Of a stretch of DNA of 64,000 nucleotides, positions 30,470 to 41,271 are shown piece after piece (within the stretch, counting starts at the first letter, position 1; every line of letters starts with the position of its first letter). The translations under genes and the position numbers were made by a program. Origin of the DNA: Bryobacterales bacterium (GTDB lineage Bacteria; Acidobacteriota; Terriglobia; Bryobacterales; UBA6623); contig OY729428.2 in assembly GCA_963422375.2 (NCBI GenBank), positions 3,072,001-3,136,000 on the forward strand, given 5' to 3'. The notes under the pieces are model-generated. The model was not told where the DNA came from. It searched no databases and saw only the letters and a list, made by a program, of their open reading frames with translations.

Positions 30470-31995
30470 GGGAATTATATATCTGAGTGCTGAGGGAACC
30501 AAGCCGACAAATTATCATGCCACTAGATATTTTCTTTTTTCTTCCGTAGTTCCGTTGAAATCCGGTAGTGTTTCTTGGTAGAATAGTTCCAATATAGGAG
30601 GTCTTCGTTGAAGAAGTCGAAGCAGAAAGGTCCCGGGAAGTGGTTTCGTAAAGGCATCACTCTGATTGAAGTGATCGCCATGTTCCGCGATGACGAATCC
30701 GCGGGAAAGTGGTTCGCCTCCATGCGCTGGCCCGACGGTCCGGCATGCCTCCGCTGCCGCGGCTCCAGCGTGCAGTCCGGCACGGCCCACCCTTCGATGC
30801 CGTACCGTTGCCGCGGCTGCGGCAAGCGCTTTTCCGTGCGTACCGGCAGCGTGACGGCCGACACCAAGCTCGGCTACCGCACCCGGGCCGTCGCCCGGTT
30901 CCTGCTGACCACCGGCATCAAGGGCGTCTCGAGCATGAAGCTGCACCGCGATCCGGGCGTCAGCCGGAAGTCGGCCTGGCACCTCGCGCACCGCATCCGC
31001 GCCTGCTGGGAGCGGGATCGGGGCCTGTTCGCCGGCCCGGCGGAGGTGGACGAGACCTACGTCGGCGGCAAGGAGCGCAACAAGCACGAGAGGAAGAAGG
31101 CCCGCGCCGGGCGCGGGCCCGTCGGCAAGACCCCGGTGGCGGGGGCGCGGGACCGCGCCACGAACGCAGTGGCCGCGCGGCCGCTGCCGGGCACCGCCAA
31201 GGGCGACCTGCAGGGCTTCGTGCGCGCCCGCGTCGCGCCGGGGGCGCAGGTCCGCTCCGACGAGGCGGCGGCCTGCGCCGGCATGGCGGAGTTCGCGCAC
31301 GAAGCCGTCAGGCACTCCGGCGGCGAGTACGTGCGCGGGGCGGCGCATACGAACGGCATCGAATCGTTTTGGTCCCTGTTCAAGCGCGGCCTGTACGGAA
31401 CCTATCACCGGATGAGCGTCCGTCATCTCGGCCGCTACCTCACGGAGTTCGCGGGACGTTACAACGACCGCGACTGCGACACGGCGGAACGGATGCGGCG
31501 CATGGCGCGGGGCTTGGTCGGCCGGACGCTGACCTACCGGCAGCTGACCGGCAAGGCCGCGGTCGCGGCCCGAGCGGCGCCCGCCGCGCCGAGCGCGGCA
31601 GCCCGCTGCGGGCGCGCTCTTCACGCTCGGTGCGCTGCACGCTCGGTACGAGGGGCGCACCGGATCCGGAATGCCCCGGCGCGACCCCGGTCCGGTCCGG
31701 CCCGTCCATGCAGGCCGTCGAGCGCCGGGGATCCGCTGTCTTCGGCCCTCGCAGGGCTTGCAAGCGGCTTGCAAGGGGTGCCCTGCCACCGCCAACCGGG
31801 TTCCACCGGGGCATGCGAGGCGGCCTCTCTAGTCCGTTCCTCGTCCAATCCGCTGGCAGGCTCGATTCAGATACGATCCCACCCCTCTGTGCCCGTCCCG
31901 ACCGCACTCGAATGACCCGAGCTCGACACCGACCTCCCTGCTCACAGCAGTTCTAGTCGGACATGGCGTTGTCGGCACTCAGATATATAATTCCC
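30470..31995 (+). mobile_element. IS1595 (ISNwi1-group) copy 3; transposase from 30608, stop lost (TGA->CGA at 31571) and reading to 31915
   Basis: TIRs at 30470 and ending 31995; full transposase motifs. Flanks GTCGCGAT / TATGCTTG do not form a TSD. Confidence 0.93.
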
Positions 31996-32040
31996 TATGC
32001 TTGAGTACCTTCGGGTCCCGCGACGCGGGATCCGCACAGC

Positions 32041-32358
32041 ATGGAAGTGCCGGCAGTCCAAGCGCAATCATCGGACGTCCGCTGTCCTCGCTGCGGCGAG
32101 GGGATGCTTCCAAAGACCGTCAGAACTGCAGTCTGGCAAGGGAGCCGAGTCGCTATCGTCGAAGACATCCCCGCGTACGTCTGCGACGGATGCAGCGAGC
32201 AGTGCTACGACGGCCCGGTTAGCGACGCGCTGCGACGGCTTGCGGAGGAAGGATTCCCTTCCGCTGCGGCCCGGGCGGAAATCGCGGTTCCGGTATTCTC
32301 GCTGAACGGTCGCATCAAGCCGGTCAGACCCATGCCCGAGGACGTCCATGTCGACTAG
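32041..32358 (+). CDS. YgiT-type zinc finger protein
   Basis: CPRCG ... IVEDIPAYVCDGCSEQ.Y pattern. Confidence 0.8.
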   Translation: MEVPAVQAQSSDVRCPRCGEGMLPKTVRTAVWQGSRVAIVEDIPAYVCDGCSEQCYDGPVSDALRRLAEEGFPSAAARAEIAVPVFSLNGRIKPVRPMPEDVHVD

Positions 32359-32779
32359 CAGGCTGAAGTCGACTAGCAGGCTGAATCTCGCCGCCATGCT
32401 CGCGCTCTTGGCAGCTGCGATGCTCGCAAGCTGCGGCAGTGCCGGAACTCCCGACGAGGCTGCTCCGTCCACCCCTCCCACCGAGCCAGCGGCCGCGTCC
32501 GGGCCGACCTCGCTGGCGGAGATACTCCCCGAGGGCTTGGGGCGGGGGCTGGTCATAGACTCCTGCGGTAGCTGCCACGCCGTCGCCTGCTCCGCCATCG
32601 GCCAGCCGACGGCAGCTCGCTGGAAGGCCCTCGAGACGGATCACAGGGACCGCGTCGCCGACATGGCCGACGAGGACTACGTCGCACTATTCGCGTACCT
32701 GTGAGAGAACTTCAACGACACCAAGCCGGAGCCGACGGTCCCGCCGCAATTTCTGGAGGGCGGTTGCACGCCGTTCTGA
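32348..32779 (+). pseudogene. Small c-type cytochrome lipoprotein with premature TGA at 32702
   Basis: Lipobox LASC, LPEGLGRGLVIDSCGSCH. The frame continues past TGA as ENFNDTKPEPTVPPQFLEGGCTPF, matching the paralogue's tail. Confidence 0.7.
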
Positions 32780-32798
32780 GCGCAGGCGCGCCGGCGGC

Positions 32799-33197
32799 GT
32801 GGATTCGAGCCTCGCGTAGCGGGCCTGCGCGGTCTCGCTGGCCCTGCTGACCGGATGCACTTCGGAAGCCCCGTCTGGATCAGCCTCGAACAGTCCGGCC
32901 GTGACCGAGGAGCCCTCTTCTAAGGCGTTCAACATTCGGGACGTATTGCCCGAGGGACGGGGCCGGGAACTGCTGCTGGACAACTGCCAGAGCTACCACG
33001 TGCTGGTGCCGATTCTCGTGCTCCGCATGGACAAGGCAGCGTGGCACCGCAACAGCATCGAGCACAGAGAGCGCGTCGAAGCGCTGGGAGACGAGGACTT
33101 CAACACCCTCTACGGCTACCTGGCGACCCACTTCACGCCGAACCGCCCGATCCCGGATCTGCCCGCGGCACTGCTCGACACATGGACTACGTACTAG
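32799..33197 (+). pseudogene. Paralogous small c-type cytochrome lipoprotein, degenerate
   Basis: Lipobox LTGC preceded by an in-frame TAG; LPEGRGRELLLDNCQSYH (CxxCH changed to CxxYH); YLATHF tail. Confidence 0.65.
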
Positions 33198-33273
33198 TCT
33201 CCGAAGCCCCCGAGGCCGTCGCTGACCGTCCGTGCACCACGACGCCAGCGGGCGCTCGAATCGCAGGAAACTC

Positions 33274-34428
33274 CTACCGGAAAACCATGTCCGAGTAGTT
33301 CCCCGGCGGTATAGAAGCGCCTCTTGGAATCGTATGGCGCGCCACCAGGTCCTCGTCCAGATCGATACCGAGCCCGGGCTTCCGCGGCATCCGAATCGAG
33401 CCGTTGCTGACCCGAAGCGGCTCGGCTAGCAGATCGTCGATGAATGGATTGCCTGTGCGGTCGACTTCAACGGTCAGTCCGCGGCGTACCGACGCCACCA
33501 AGTGCATGTTGGCTGCCAGCGCCACGGCGTCGCTCCAAGTATGGGGTGCCACCGCCAAGCCTCCCTTGCATGCCGAGCGAGCGACCCGCAGAGCCTCGCT
33601 GAAGCCCCCGCATCGGCAGCAGTCCGGCTGCACGACCTGCACCGCGCCGGAGTCGATCAACTCCCGAAAGCCCTGCAAGCCGAACTCGTTCTCCCCGGCC
33701 GCCAGCAGGATATCCACTGTTTGCGGGCGGAGCGCCAGAAACGACTTGAGATCTTCGGGCGCGAAGGGCTCCTCCAGCCAGAACACGTTGGAGGACGTAA
33801 GCTTCGGCATCATCCGGCGCGCCTGATCCAAGGAGTAGCAGGCGTTGCCGTCGACCATCAGGGTGACGTCCTGACCGACCGCCTCGCGCACGGCGACCAA
33901 CGCGTCGCAGTCGTACGCCCATTCGCGGCCGAGTCGCATCTTCATCGCGCGGAAGCCATCCGCAACGTGGCGCCGAGCCTCCTCTTGGATCTCGTCGACG
34001 CTGTCCTTCCACAGCAGGCCGCTGGCGTAGGCCGGGACTTCCTGGCGGCACTGCCCTGCGAGTTCGCAAACCGGCTTGCCCCGTACCTTGCCCAGCAGGT
34101 CCCACAGCGCTATGTCGATGCCGCCGACCGCCGACATCGCCGCGCCCTTGCGTCCGTACCACCGCGTAAGCCCGTAGCAAAGATCCCACAAGCGGTCGAT
34201 GTCCCGCGGGTCCTCGTCCACCAGCATTGGCCGAAGGTGGCCCTCGATGATTTCCCGGACCAAGCCCGGATGCGAGTAGACCGACCCAAGCCCGATCAAG
34301 CCCGCGTCGGTGTAGACCTTGACCAAGCTGGTCAGGCGTCCTGTGCAGACACCGCCCGCATAGCGGAATCGACGGTCCGGCGGGTACTCGAAGTGAAGAT
34401 TGATGACTTCGATGTCCCGGATTCGCAT
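33274..34428 (-). CDS. Mandelate racemase / muconate lactonizing (enolase superfamily) enzyme
   Basis: GIDIALWDLLGK, AMKMR, LMVDGN, WLEEP, AAGENE, VVQPD. Confidence 0.93.
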   Translation of the reverse strand: MRIRDIEVINLHFEYPPDRRFRYAGGVCTGRLTSLVKVYTDAGLIGLGSVYSHPGLVREIIEGHLRPMLVDEDPRDIDRLWDLCYGLTRWYGRKGAAMSAVGGIDIALWDLLGKVRGKPVCELAGQCRQEVPAYASGLLWKDSVDEIQEEARRHVADGFRAMKMRLGREWAYDCDALVAVREAVGQDVTLMVDGNACYSLDQARRMMPKLTSSNVFWLEEPFAPEDLKSFLALRPQTVDILLAAGENEFGLQGFRELIDSGAVQVVQPDCCRCGGFSEALRVARSACKGGLAVAPHTWSDAVALAANMHLVASVRRGLTVEVDRTGNPFIDDLLAEPLRVSNGSIRMPRKPGLGIDLDEDLVARHTIPRGASIPPGNYSDMVFR

Positions 34429-34491
34429 TGCCCCCCGCGCAAGCCGCCATTGCTGGCCCGAGGGTTCGGCGAGACCGCTCCGGCGCGAGGC

Positions 34492-36240
34492 CTACCAGAA
34501 TACGACGAAGCTCAGCGCGGCTCCGATCAGAAACGCCACCGCCCCCAAGGCCGCAGCGAACTGGCTGCGTCGCGCGCCCCCCGCTCCCGCCCATGCACTC
34601 GGGACGCGGCTCCGGCCCAGCCACCCGGTCCCTGCACCCATGCGGAGAGCCCCCGCGGGTTCCCTGCCCCGCACCGCCGTCACGCCGACCATCACGCCCG
34701 CACTCAGAAGCAGGCCGAACACCGTGCCGACGTAGTTGTTGACTAGGATCGGCGGCAAAATCGCGATTCCGAAGCGCATCGCCAGGAACGGGGCCAGCAG
34801 CTTGGCCGTGCCGTAGAGAATCCCGGCCGCCAGGCCCGCCACCGCGCTCGACCTATGGGCCCGCGTGAACGAGCCCATTAGGTACACCGCAAGCAGGGGC
34901 ACGACGAAGGCACCGACCCAGTCGTGGAACACCAGCAGCATGCCCCGCTCCTGGCGCAGCATGGGCACGAAGGCGAACGAGCCGAGGATAACGACCGGAG
35001 TGAGCAGCCGACTCGCCGCTACGTAGAAGCGGTCGCCGCGGTCCGGCGCGAATACGCGCGCAATGACGTCTCGCACCAGCAGCGAGGGCACCGTCGACCC
35101 GATCGAATCAAAGGTGGAGAACGAAGCCGCGACCACGCCCGCTACGACAAGGCCCCGCAGGCCGGTCGAGGTCAGCTCACTGACCAGGAGGGGGAAGATC
35201 GAGTCGCGAACCTGCAGCGCAGGTTCCAGCGGCATCAGGCCCGGATCCGGATACAGTGCCCGCCCCATCACGCCGATCATCAGATTCGTGAAGTTCGCAG
35301 CGACCAGGATCAGGCCGGAGGCGACCACGGCCATGCGCATGTCCCATTCGGAGCGCGCCCCGAAGAGCCGCATTGATTGGGTGTGGTTGACGATGGCGTA
35401 GCTCAGCCCGACGATGATCCAGGCGAACGCGGCCAGCCAAGCGGGCGACCTGACGACAATCTCCTCAGCCTCCGCGTCGTGGCTGCCGCCCAGCAGCAGC
35501 CTGCGCCTGACCGTCTCCGGCGGCTCGCGTTCGACGGACCGCGCGGAGACCTCGTCGCCGCCGACACGCAGGATCTCCGTGGAGAGGCCCTGCTCGTGCG
35601 CGTCAAGCCTCCTTCCCATGCCGTCCCATCCTCCGACGGCTGCCCAAGCTGCCAGAAAGAGGGCCACGGACGACGCAAACATGACGACGCTCTGCATGGC
35701 GTCGGTGATCGCGACGGAGCGCAGCCCGCCGAACGCGGTGTACAGGGAAGCCAGCGCCGCGATGGCCGCGACGCCCCACCACGCCGCACCGCCCCATCCG
35801 CCGACAACCGCCAGAACCAAGTACAGCGTGTTGGCGATGATGCCTAGAACGAGCGTGCGATAGAGCGCTTGGACGAGCGCGGAGGCAACCCGGGCGGCGA
35901 GACCGAAACGCGCTTCGAGGTACTCGGCGTTGGTGAACATGCCGGACCGGTACATCGGCACGGCGACCTTGTTGGCAAGCAGCGCCCAGCCCGCTGTGAC
36001 GCCCACCCAGTTGGTCACCATGTAGGTCATTCCCAAGGCATACGTGCCGCCGGAATCCGCAACGAGGTCACTCGAATCGATCGCCGTCGCGTACAGGGAG
36101 AGGCCGACCATCCACCAAGGCAGCGCCCTGCCCGCGAGGAACCAGTCGAGGCTGGTCTTGGTGTCGCGCCCGCGCGCCAGTCCGAAGAGAATGATCCCCC
36201 CGTTTAGCGCCACCACGATGGTCCAGTCGACGGGGCTCAT
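34492..36240 (-). CDS. Sodium:solute symporter (SSS) family transporter
   Basis: FLAGRALPWW, EYLEARF, YTAFGGLRSVAITD; many hydrophobic segments. Confidence 0.92.
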   Translation of the reverse strand: MSPVDWTIVVALNGGIILFGLARGRDTKTSLDWFLAGRALPWWMVGLSLYATAIDSSDLVADSGGTYALGMTYMVTNWVGVTAGWALLANKVAVPMYRSGMFTNAEYLEARFGLAARVASALVQALYRTLVLGIIANTLYLVLAVVGGWGGAAWWGVAAIAALASLYTAFGGLRSVAITDAMQSVVMFASSVALFLAAWAAVGGWDGMGRRLDAHEQGLSTEILRVGGDEVSARSVEREPPETVRRRLLLGGSHDAEAEEIVVRSPAWLAAFAWIIVGLSYAIVNHTQSMRLFGARSEWDMRMAVVASGLILVAANFTNLMIGVMGRALYPDPGLMPLEPALQVRDSIFPLLVSELTSTGLRGLVVAGVVAASFSTFDSIGSTVPSLLVRDVIARVFAPDRGDRFYVAASRLLTPVVILGSFAFVPMLRQERGMLLVFHDWVGAFVVPLLAVYLMGSFTRAHRSSAVAGLAAGILYGTAKLLAPFLAMRFGIAILPPILVNNYVGTVFGLLLSAGVMVGVTAVRGREPAGALRMGAGTGWLGRSRVPSAWAGAGGARRSQFAAALGAVAFLIGAALSFVVFW

Positions 36241-36260
36241 GCTAGGCTAGACCCGAATTC

Positions 36261-38585
36261 ATGACGTTGCGGGCAGCAATGCGGGTCGCGACCGCTCTCG
36301 CTGCCTCGTGCCCCGCGGCGGCGGAAGACGGCTTCTTCGAGAAGCGCGTTCGCCCGATCCTAGCGAATCGCTGCTACGCCTGTCACGGCCCCCATGCGGG
36401 CGCGGGCCAGGCGGGCCTGCGCCTGGACTCGATCGAGGGAATGCTCCTGGGCGGGAGATCCGGCCCGGCGGTCGTGCCCGGGCAGGCGAGCGTCAGCCTG
36501 CTCATCCACGCAGTGAATCACGACACGTCGCTGCAGATGCCGCCCAAGGTGAAGCTACCGATCGCGGAGATCGCGACGCTGACGCGCTGGGTGGACGAAG
36601 GCGCGCACTGGCCGGGCGCCAGGCCGACAGCGCGGCCGCGGACCGAGGCCGCGAGCGAGAGCGGATTCACCGAGGAGGAGCGCGCGCACTGGGCCTTCCA
36701 GCCCGTCCGCGACCCGCCCGTGCCTGCGGGCGGTCCGACGCCGATCGACGCATTCATCGGCGGACGGCTCGAATCCGAGGGCCTGCGGCCTGCGCGCCGG
36801 GCCGACAGGAGAACGCTGATCCGACGTGCCACCATGGACCTGCACGGACTCCTGCCGACCCCGGCGGAAGTGCGCGGCTTCGTCGAGAACGATTCCGGCG
36901 CGGCCTTCGAACGCGTTGTCGACCGCCTGCTGGCGTCGCCCCGGTACGGGGAGCGCTGGGGTCGCCACTGGCTGGACGTCGCCCGCTACGCGGACAGCAA
37001 CGGAATGGACGACAACATCGTCCACGGCGACGCCTGGCGCTACCGCGACTACGTCATCGCGGCCTTCAACGACGACAAGCCCTACGACCGATTCGTGAGA
37101 GAGCAGCTGGCCGGGGACGTGATCACGCGCTGGGGGGAGGCGGCCCGCGCCGAGGGCCTGATCGCGACTGGCTTCCTTATGCTGGGCCCCAAGATGGTCG
37201 GCGAGGATGACCCCGTCAAGCAGAAGCTGGATTTCGCCGACGAGCAGCTTGCAACCACTTCACGGGCTTTCCTCGCACTCACCATCGACTGCGCGCGCTG
37301 CCACGACCACAAATTCGACCCCATTCGCAGCTCGGACTACTACGCGATGCTCGGGATGTTCACGAGCACGAAAACGGTGCTGACGTATCGCGTCACCTCG
37401 AAGCTCAACGCCACGGCGCTGGCGGGTCCCGACGCCGACCGCAAGCTGTCCGAGATCGAGCGGCGGTTCGACTACCACAGCGACTTCGTCACCAACTACA
37501 ACCGCGCCACCACGCCCGAGCAGGTGGTGCAGGCGCAGCAGGAGGCATTGGAAGACGCCCTCGAGGAGTACTTAGAGATACCCAAGGCCATGGCTGTTGC
37601 CGAGGGGCAGCCCGACGACCTGCCGGTGATGCTCCGCGGCAGTCACCTGACGCCCGGGGCCATCGCTCCTCGAGGGGTCCCGGCGGTCCTCGCAAGCAGG
37701 CAGCCAGCGATAGCCGAAAGGAGCAGCGGGCGCCGCGAGCTCGCGGACTGGCTGGCCCGGCCCGACCACCCCCTAGCCGCCCGCGTGATGGCCAATCGCA
37801 TTTGGAAGTGGCACTTCGGCGAGGGCATTGTGCGCACCCCGGACAACTTCGGCACGCTCGGGGATCGTCCCGATCATCCGGAGCTGCTGGACTGGCTGGC
37901 CAGCCGTTTCGTCGAGAGCGGGTGGTCGGTGAAGTCCCTGCATCGGCGCATCATGCTCTCGAGCGCATACCAGCGCGCCTACGCCCCGAACCCGGCCGCC
38001 GAGGCGAGGGATCCGGAGAACCGCCTGCTCTGGAGGGCGAATCGCCGTCGCATGGAAGCGGAGGCGATTCGCGACAGCCTCCTAGCGGTAGCGGGCCGCC
38101 TGGATCTGGCGGCGGGCGGCAAGACGATGCGGCACAGGAACTTCACCAATCTGAACGCAATGGCCCTCTCGCGCGACCCCGAACTGTACGAGACGCGCCG
38201 GCGCAGCGTGTACCTCCCGGTCCTGCGGAGCGCGCTGTACGAGGTCCTCGCGGCGTTCGATTTCGCCAGCCCGTCCGCGCCCAGCGGCCGACGCGGCACC
38301 ACGATGGTGGCGCCGCAGGCGCTGTTCATGATGAACTCGCCGCTGGTCGAGGAGGCGTCGCGTCATTTCGCGCGACGGGTGCTCGACCAGGGGGGTGCCG
38401 CGGATGCCACCCGCATCCGCCTCGCCCACGAGCTCGCGTACGCCCGGGAACCCGCCGAGGCCGAGATCGCCTCATGGAGCGCCTTCCTCGACCAATACGA
38501 ATCCGCGGCGTCGAGCAGGGACGACGCATGGCAGGCGCTGTGCAGGATTCTGGTTTCCTCCAACGAGTACCTGTACGTACAATGA
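36261..38585 (+). CDS. Planctomycete cytochrome c + DUF1549 + DUF1553 protein
   Basis: CYACH, YGERWGRHWLDVARYADSNG, CARCHDHKFDP, PDHPELLDWLA, RMEAEAIRD, APQALFMMN. Confidence 0.92.
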   Translation: MTLRAAMRVATALAASCPAAAEDGFFEKRVRPILANRCYACHGPHAGAGQAGLRLDSIEGMLLGGRSGPAVVPGQASVSLLIHAVNHDTSLQMPPKVKLPIAEIATLTRWVDEGAHWPGARPTARPRTEAASESGFTEEERAHWAFQPVRDPPVPAGGPTPIDAFIGGRLESEGLRPARRADRRTLIRRATMDLHGLLPTPAEVRGFVENDSGAAFERVVDRLLASPRYGERWGRHWLDVARYADSNGMDDNIVHGDAWRYRDYVIAAFNDDKPYDRFVREQLAGDVITRWGEAARAEGLIATGFLMLGPKMVGEDDPVKQKLDFADEQLATTSRAFLALTIDCARCHDHKFDPIRSSDYYAMLGMFTSTKTVLTYRVTSKLNATALAGPDADRKLSEIERRFDYHSDFVTNYNRATTPEQVVQAQQEALEDALEEYLEIPKAMAVAEGQPDDLPVMLRGSHLTPGAIAPRGVPAVLASRQPAIAERSSGRRELADWLARPDHPLAARVMANRIWKWHFGEGIVRTPDNFGTLGDRPDHPELLDWLASRFVESGWSVKSLHRRIMLSSAYQRAYAPNPAAEARDPENRLLWRANRRRMEAEAIRDSLLAVAGRLDLAAGGKTMRHRNFTNLNAMALSRDPELYETRRRSVYLPVLRSALYEVLAAFDFASPSAPSGRRGTTMVAPQALFMMNSPLVEEASRHFARRVLDQGGAADATRIRLAHELAYAREPAEAEIASWSAFLDQYESAASSRDDAWQALCRILVSSNEYLYVQ

Positions 38586-40000
38586 GGGCGAAGATGCAAC
38601 CCAACCGGCGCGCCCGAGAGCGCTTCCCGCGTCGCGAGGCGCTGAGACAGATGGGCGCTGGCTTCGGCAGCCTCGCCCTGTCCGCGCTGCTGGCCGAGGA
38701 GGCCGCCGCGACGGGGCCGCTGGCGGTCCGGGAGCCGCACTTCGCGCCGCGCGCGAAGCGCGTGATCATGCTCTTCATGTTCGGCGGGCCTTCGCACATC
38801 GACACGTTCGACCCCAAGCCAGTCCTGAACCGCGACAGCGGCAAGCCGCTGCCGTTCGCCAAGCCCCGGATCATTTCCTTCCCCCGCCGCGGGGGGGACC
38901 TGATCGGCTCGCCCTTCTCGTTCACGCGCCACGGTGAGAGCGGCGCGGAAGTGAGCGAGCTGTTCCCGCACCTGGCGGGGATCGTCGACGAGCTGGCCAT
39001 CGTGCGCTCTATGCACTGCACCAACCCGCGGCACGGCGGCGCGGTGCTCGAATGGCACACCGGCAGCGACACGTTTATCCGGCCCGCCCTCGGATCCTGG
39101 CTGACCTACGGGCTGGGCTCCGAGAACCGGAACCTGCCCGGCTACATCACGATCTGCCAGGCGTTGGCGGAAGGCGGCGCCAACAACTTCGGGGCGGCAT
39201 TCCTTCCCGCGGCCCATCAAGGGACGCCGCTCGGCTACGGCAACGTAAAGGCCGAGGACGCCACGTTCCCGTTCATCGGGGACGGCGGCCGCACGCGGCT
39301 GCAGCGCATGGAGCTCGACATGCTGGCCGACGTCTCGCGCCGCCAGATGGAGCGCGAGGGGCCCGACAGCGAACTCGAGAGCCGCATCGCCACGTTCGAA
39401 CTGGCGTTCCGCATGCAGACCGAGGCCCCCGAGATCCAGCGGATCGACGGGGAGAGCGAAGCGACCCGCCGCCTGTACGGCCTGGACGATCCCGTGACCG
39501 CGGACTTCGGCCGCCAGTGCCTCATGGCACGGCGGTTCAGCGAGAGCGGCGTCCGCTTCGTGCAGTGCAACAGCAACGGCTGGGACCATCACTTCGACCT
39601 CAAGAACGGCCTGACCAAGATGTGCATGCAGGTCGACAAGCCCATCGCCGCGCTGATCAAGGATCTGCGCGGGAGCGGCCTGCTCGACGAGACTCTAGTG
39701 ATCTGGGGCGGCGAGTTCGGGCGCACGCCCACCGCCGAGAACGCGGACGGACGCGACCACAACCCGCACGGCTTCACGATGTGGCTGGCGGGCGGCGGCG
39801 CGAAGGCCGGCATCACCTACGGCGGCACCGACGAATACGGCTACTACGGCGTCGAGAACAAGGTCCACTTTCACGACCTGCACGCGACGGTCCTACACTT
39901 GCTGGGTCTGGACCACACGCGCCTGACTTACCGCCACGCGGGCCGGGACTTCCGCCTGACCGACGTCCACGGAGAGGTCGTGCATGGCCTGATCGCTTGA
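38582..40000 (+). CDS. DUF1501 domain protein
   Basis: ATGA overlap with the upstream gene; RREAL Tat-like signal, [36 protein letters not shown]. Confidence 0.92.
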   Translation: MRAKMQPNRRARERFPRREALRQMGAGFGSLALSALLAEEAAATGPLAVREPHFAPRAKRVIMLFMFGGPSHIDTFDPKPVLNRDSGKPLPFAKPRIISFPRRGGDLIGSPFSFTRHGESGAEVSELFPHLAGIVDELAIVRSMHCTNPRHGGAVLEWHTGSDTFIRPALGSWLTYGLGSENRNLPGYITICQALAEGGANNFGAAFLPAAHQGTPLGYGNVKAEDATFPFIGDGGRTRLQRMELDMLADVSRRQMEREGPDSELESRIATFELAFRMQTEAPEIQRIDGESEATRRLYGLDDPVTADFGRQCLMARRFSESGVRFVQCNSNGWDHHFDLKNGLTKMCMQVDKPIAALIKDLRGSGLLDETLVIWGGEFGRTPTAENADGRDHNPHGFTMWLAGGGAKAGITYGGTDEYGYYGVENKVHFHDLHATVLHLLGLDHTRLTYRHAGRDFRLTDVHGEVVHGLIA

Positions 40001-40053
40001 CCCCCGGGTGGGGCGTCAGATACGATCAGCGCCAGGCGCGGACGGCCGGCGAT

Positions 40054-41271
40054 TCAGACGGCAAGGCCGCCGCGCTTCAGATCCCCGAGACGGGCCACTT
40101 GGCCTGTGCGGAATGCCAGGTTCGCCAGGTGCGCGCTGACGCAGGCGCGGACACCTGCCTCGGCCGGCGTGCTGGGCTTGCCGCGGCTCCGCACGGCGTC
40201 GATCCAGTTCTGCAGGTGCGGAGTCTCGCCGTCGACGTCGAAGTCGGCACCGCGCTCACGTGTCCCGGGCGAGAAGTCCTCCGCGCTCAGCCCGCTGTCC
40301 GGCTCGGGATGGATCTCGTATCGCCCGCGATCCAAGTACATCGTGCCCTTCGTGCCCATGATCTCCACCATGGCCTTGTTCCGTTGGTTCACGAACGTGC
40401 CTTCGAAATAGACCTGCAGTTCCCTGTCCGGATAGCGCAGCAGCGTCTGGATCGTGTCGGGCGTCTCCCAGCGTTCCATGGCGAAGCTGTCGCCTATCGT
40501 CGTCGCCACCGCCGGGTCCGGAAGGTCGAGCAGCCAGTTCACGGCATCGATCCAATGCACCATCAGATCGGTCAGGATGCCTCCGCCGAAGTCCCAGAAC
40601 CAGCGCCAGTTGCGGAAGCGGTAGGGGTCGAAGGGCTGGTCCGGGGCGCTGCCTAGGAATCTCTTCCAGTCCAGCCCCGACGGATCGATGTCGTATGACC
40701 GGGACTGCGCGGCAGTGCGGTTGCGGTTCCACGTGAGGTGGATCTTGTGGATCGCGCCCAGTCTGCCCTCGCGCAAGATCTCCCGGGCTCTCTCGAACTG
40801 CGGCATGCTGCGCTGCTGCGTGCCCACCTGCACGACCCGCTTGTGCTCGTTCTGTGCCCGGATCACGGCCTCGCCCTCGTCCAGGCTGTGCGTGAGCGGC
40901 TTCTCGACAAAGATGTCCTTGCCAGCGACGCAGGCATCGATCGTCATCGGCACATGCCAGTGATCTGGCGATCCGATGAGGACCGCGTCCACGTCGCTGC
41001 GGGAGAGAAGATCGTGGTAGTCCTTCGTCGCGAATGCATCGGGCGCGGCGAGTTCCCTTGCCTGCTCCAAGGCGTCGTCCCAGATGTCGCAGACCGCACC
41101 GATTCTGGTCCCGGGAACGCCGGCGAGGGCGCGCATCAGGCCCCGGCAGCGTCCCCCCGTTCCAATGCAGCCAACGTTCACGGTTTCGTTGGCGGGATAC
41201 CCGAACGCGCCGGTGACGGTCGCGGCCGCAGCCGTGGCGAGAAACTTCCGGCGATGCGTCGCTCCGTCCAT
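40054..41271 (-). CDS. Gfo/Idh/MocA family oxidoreductase (Tat signal)
   Basis: HRRKFL, IGTGGR, SPDHWH, FVEKP, VQVGTQQRS, NWRWFWDFGGG. Confidence 0.93.
   Translation of the reverse strand: MDGATHRRKFLATAAAATVTGAFGYPANETVNVGCIGTGGRCRGLMRALAGVPGTRIGAVCDIWDDALEQARELAAPDAFATKDYHDLLSRSDVDAVLIGSPDHWHVPMTIDACVAGKDIFVEKPLTHSLDEGEAVIRAQNEHKRVVQVGTQQRSMPQFERAREILREGRLGAIHKIHLTWNRNRTAAQSRSYDIDPSGLDWKRFLGSAPDQPFDPYRFRNWRWFWDFGGGILTDLMVHWIDAVNWLLDLPDPAVATTIGDSFAMERWETPDTIQTLLRYPDRELQVYFEGTFVNQRNKAMVEIMGTKGTMYLDRGRYEIHPEPDSGLSAEDFSPGTRERGADFDVDGETPHLQNWIDAVRSRGKPSTPAEAGVRACVSAHLANLAFRTGQVARLGDLKRGGLAV

Noticed and set aside
22797..31995. Composite transposon carrying the type ISP-like gene
   Set aside because: Copy 2 has its own TSD, and the outer flanks (ATTGAAAA vs TATGCTTG) do not match.
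31996..32003. Shared target motif between copy 3's flank (TATGCTTG) and copy 4's TSD (GATGCTTA in element orientation)
   Set aside because: The 6/8 match is not shared by the other flanks; too few sites to claim specificity.
2190..32820. In-frame TAG/TGA codons (near 2197, 25331, 32702, 32817) as stop-codon recoding or selenocysteine
   Set aside because: They replace different expected residues, occur in genes with other lesions or decayed neighbours, and TAG/TGA end intact genes normally. The TGA aligns to Ala in the paralogue, not Cys.
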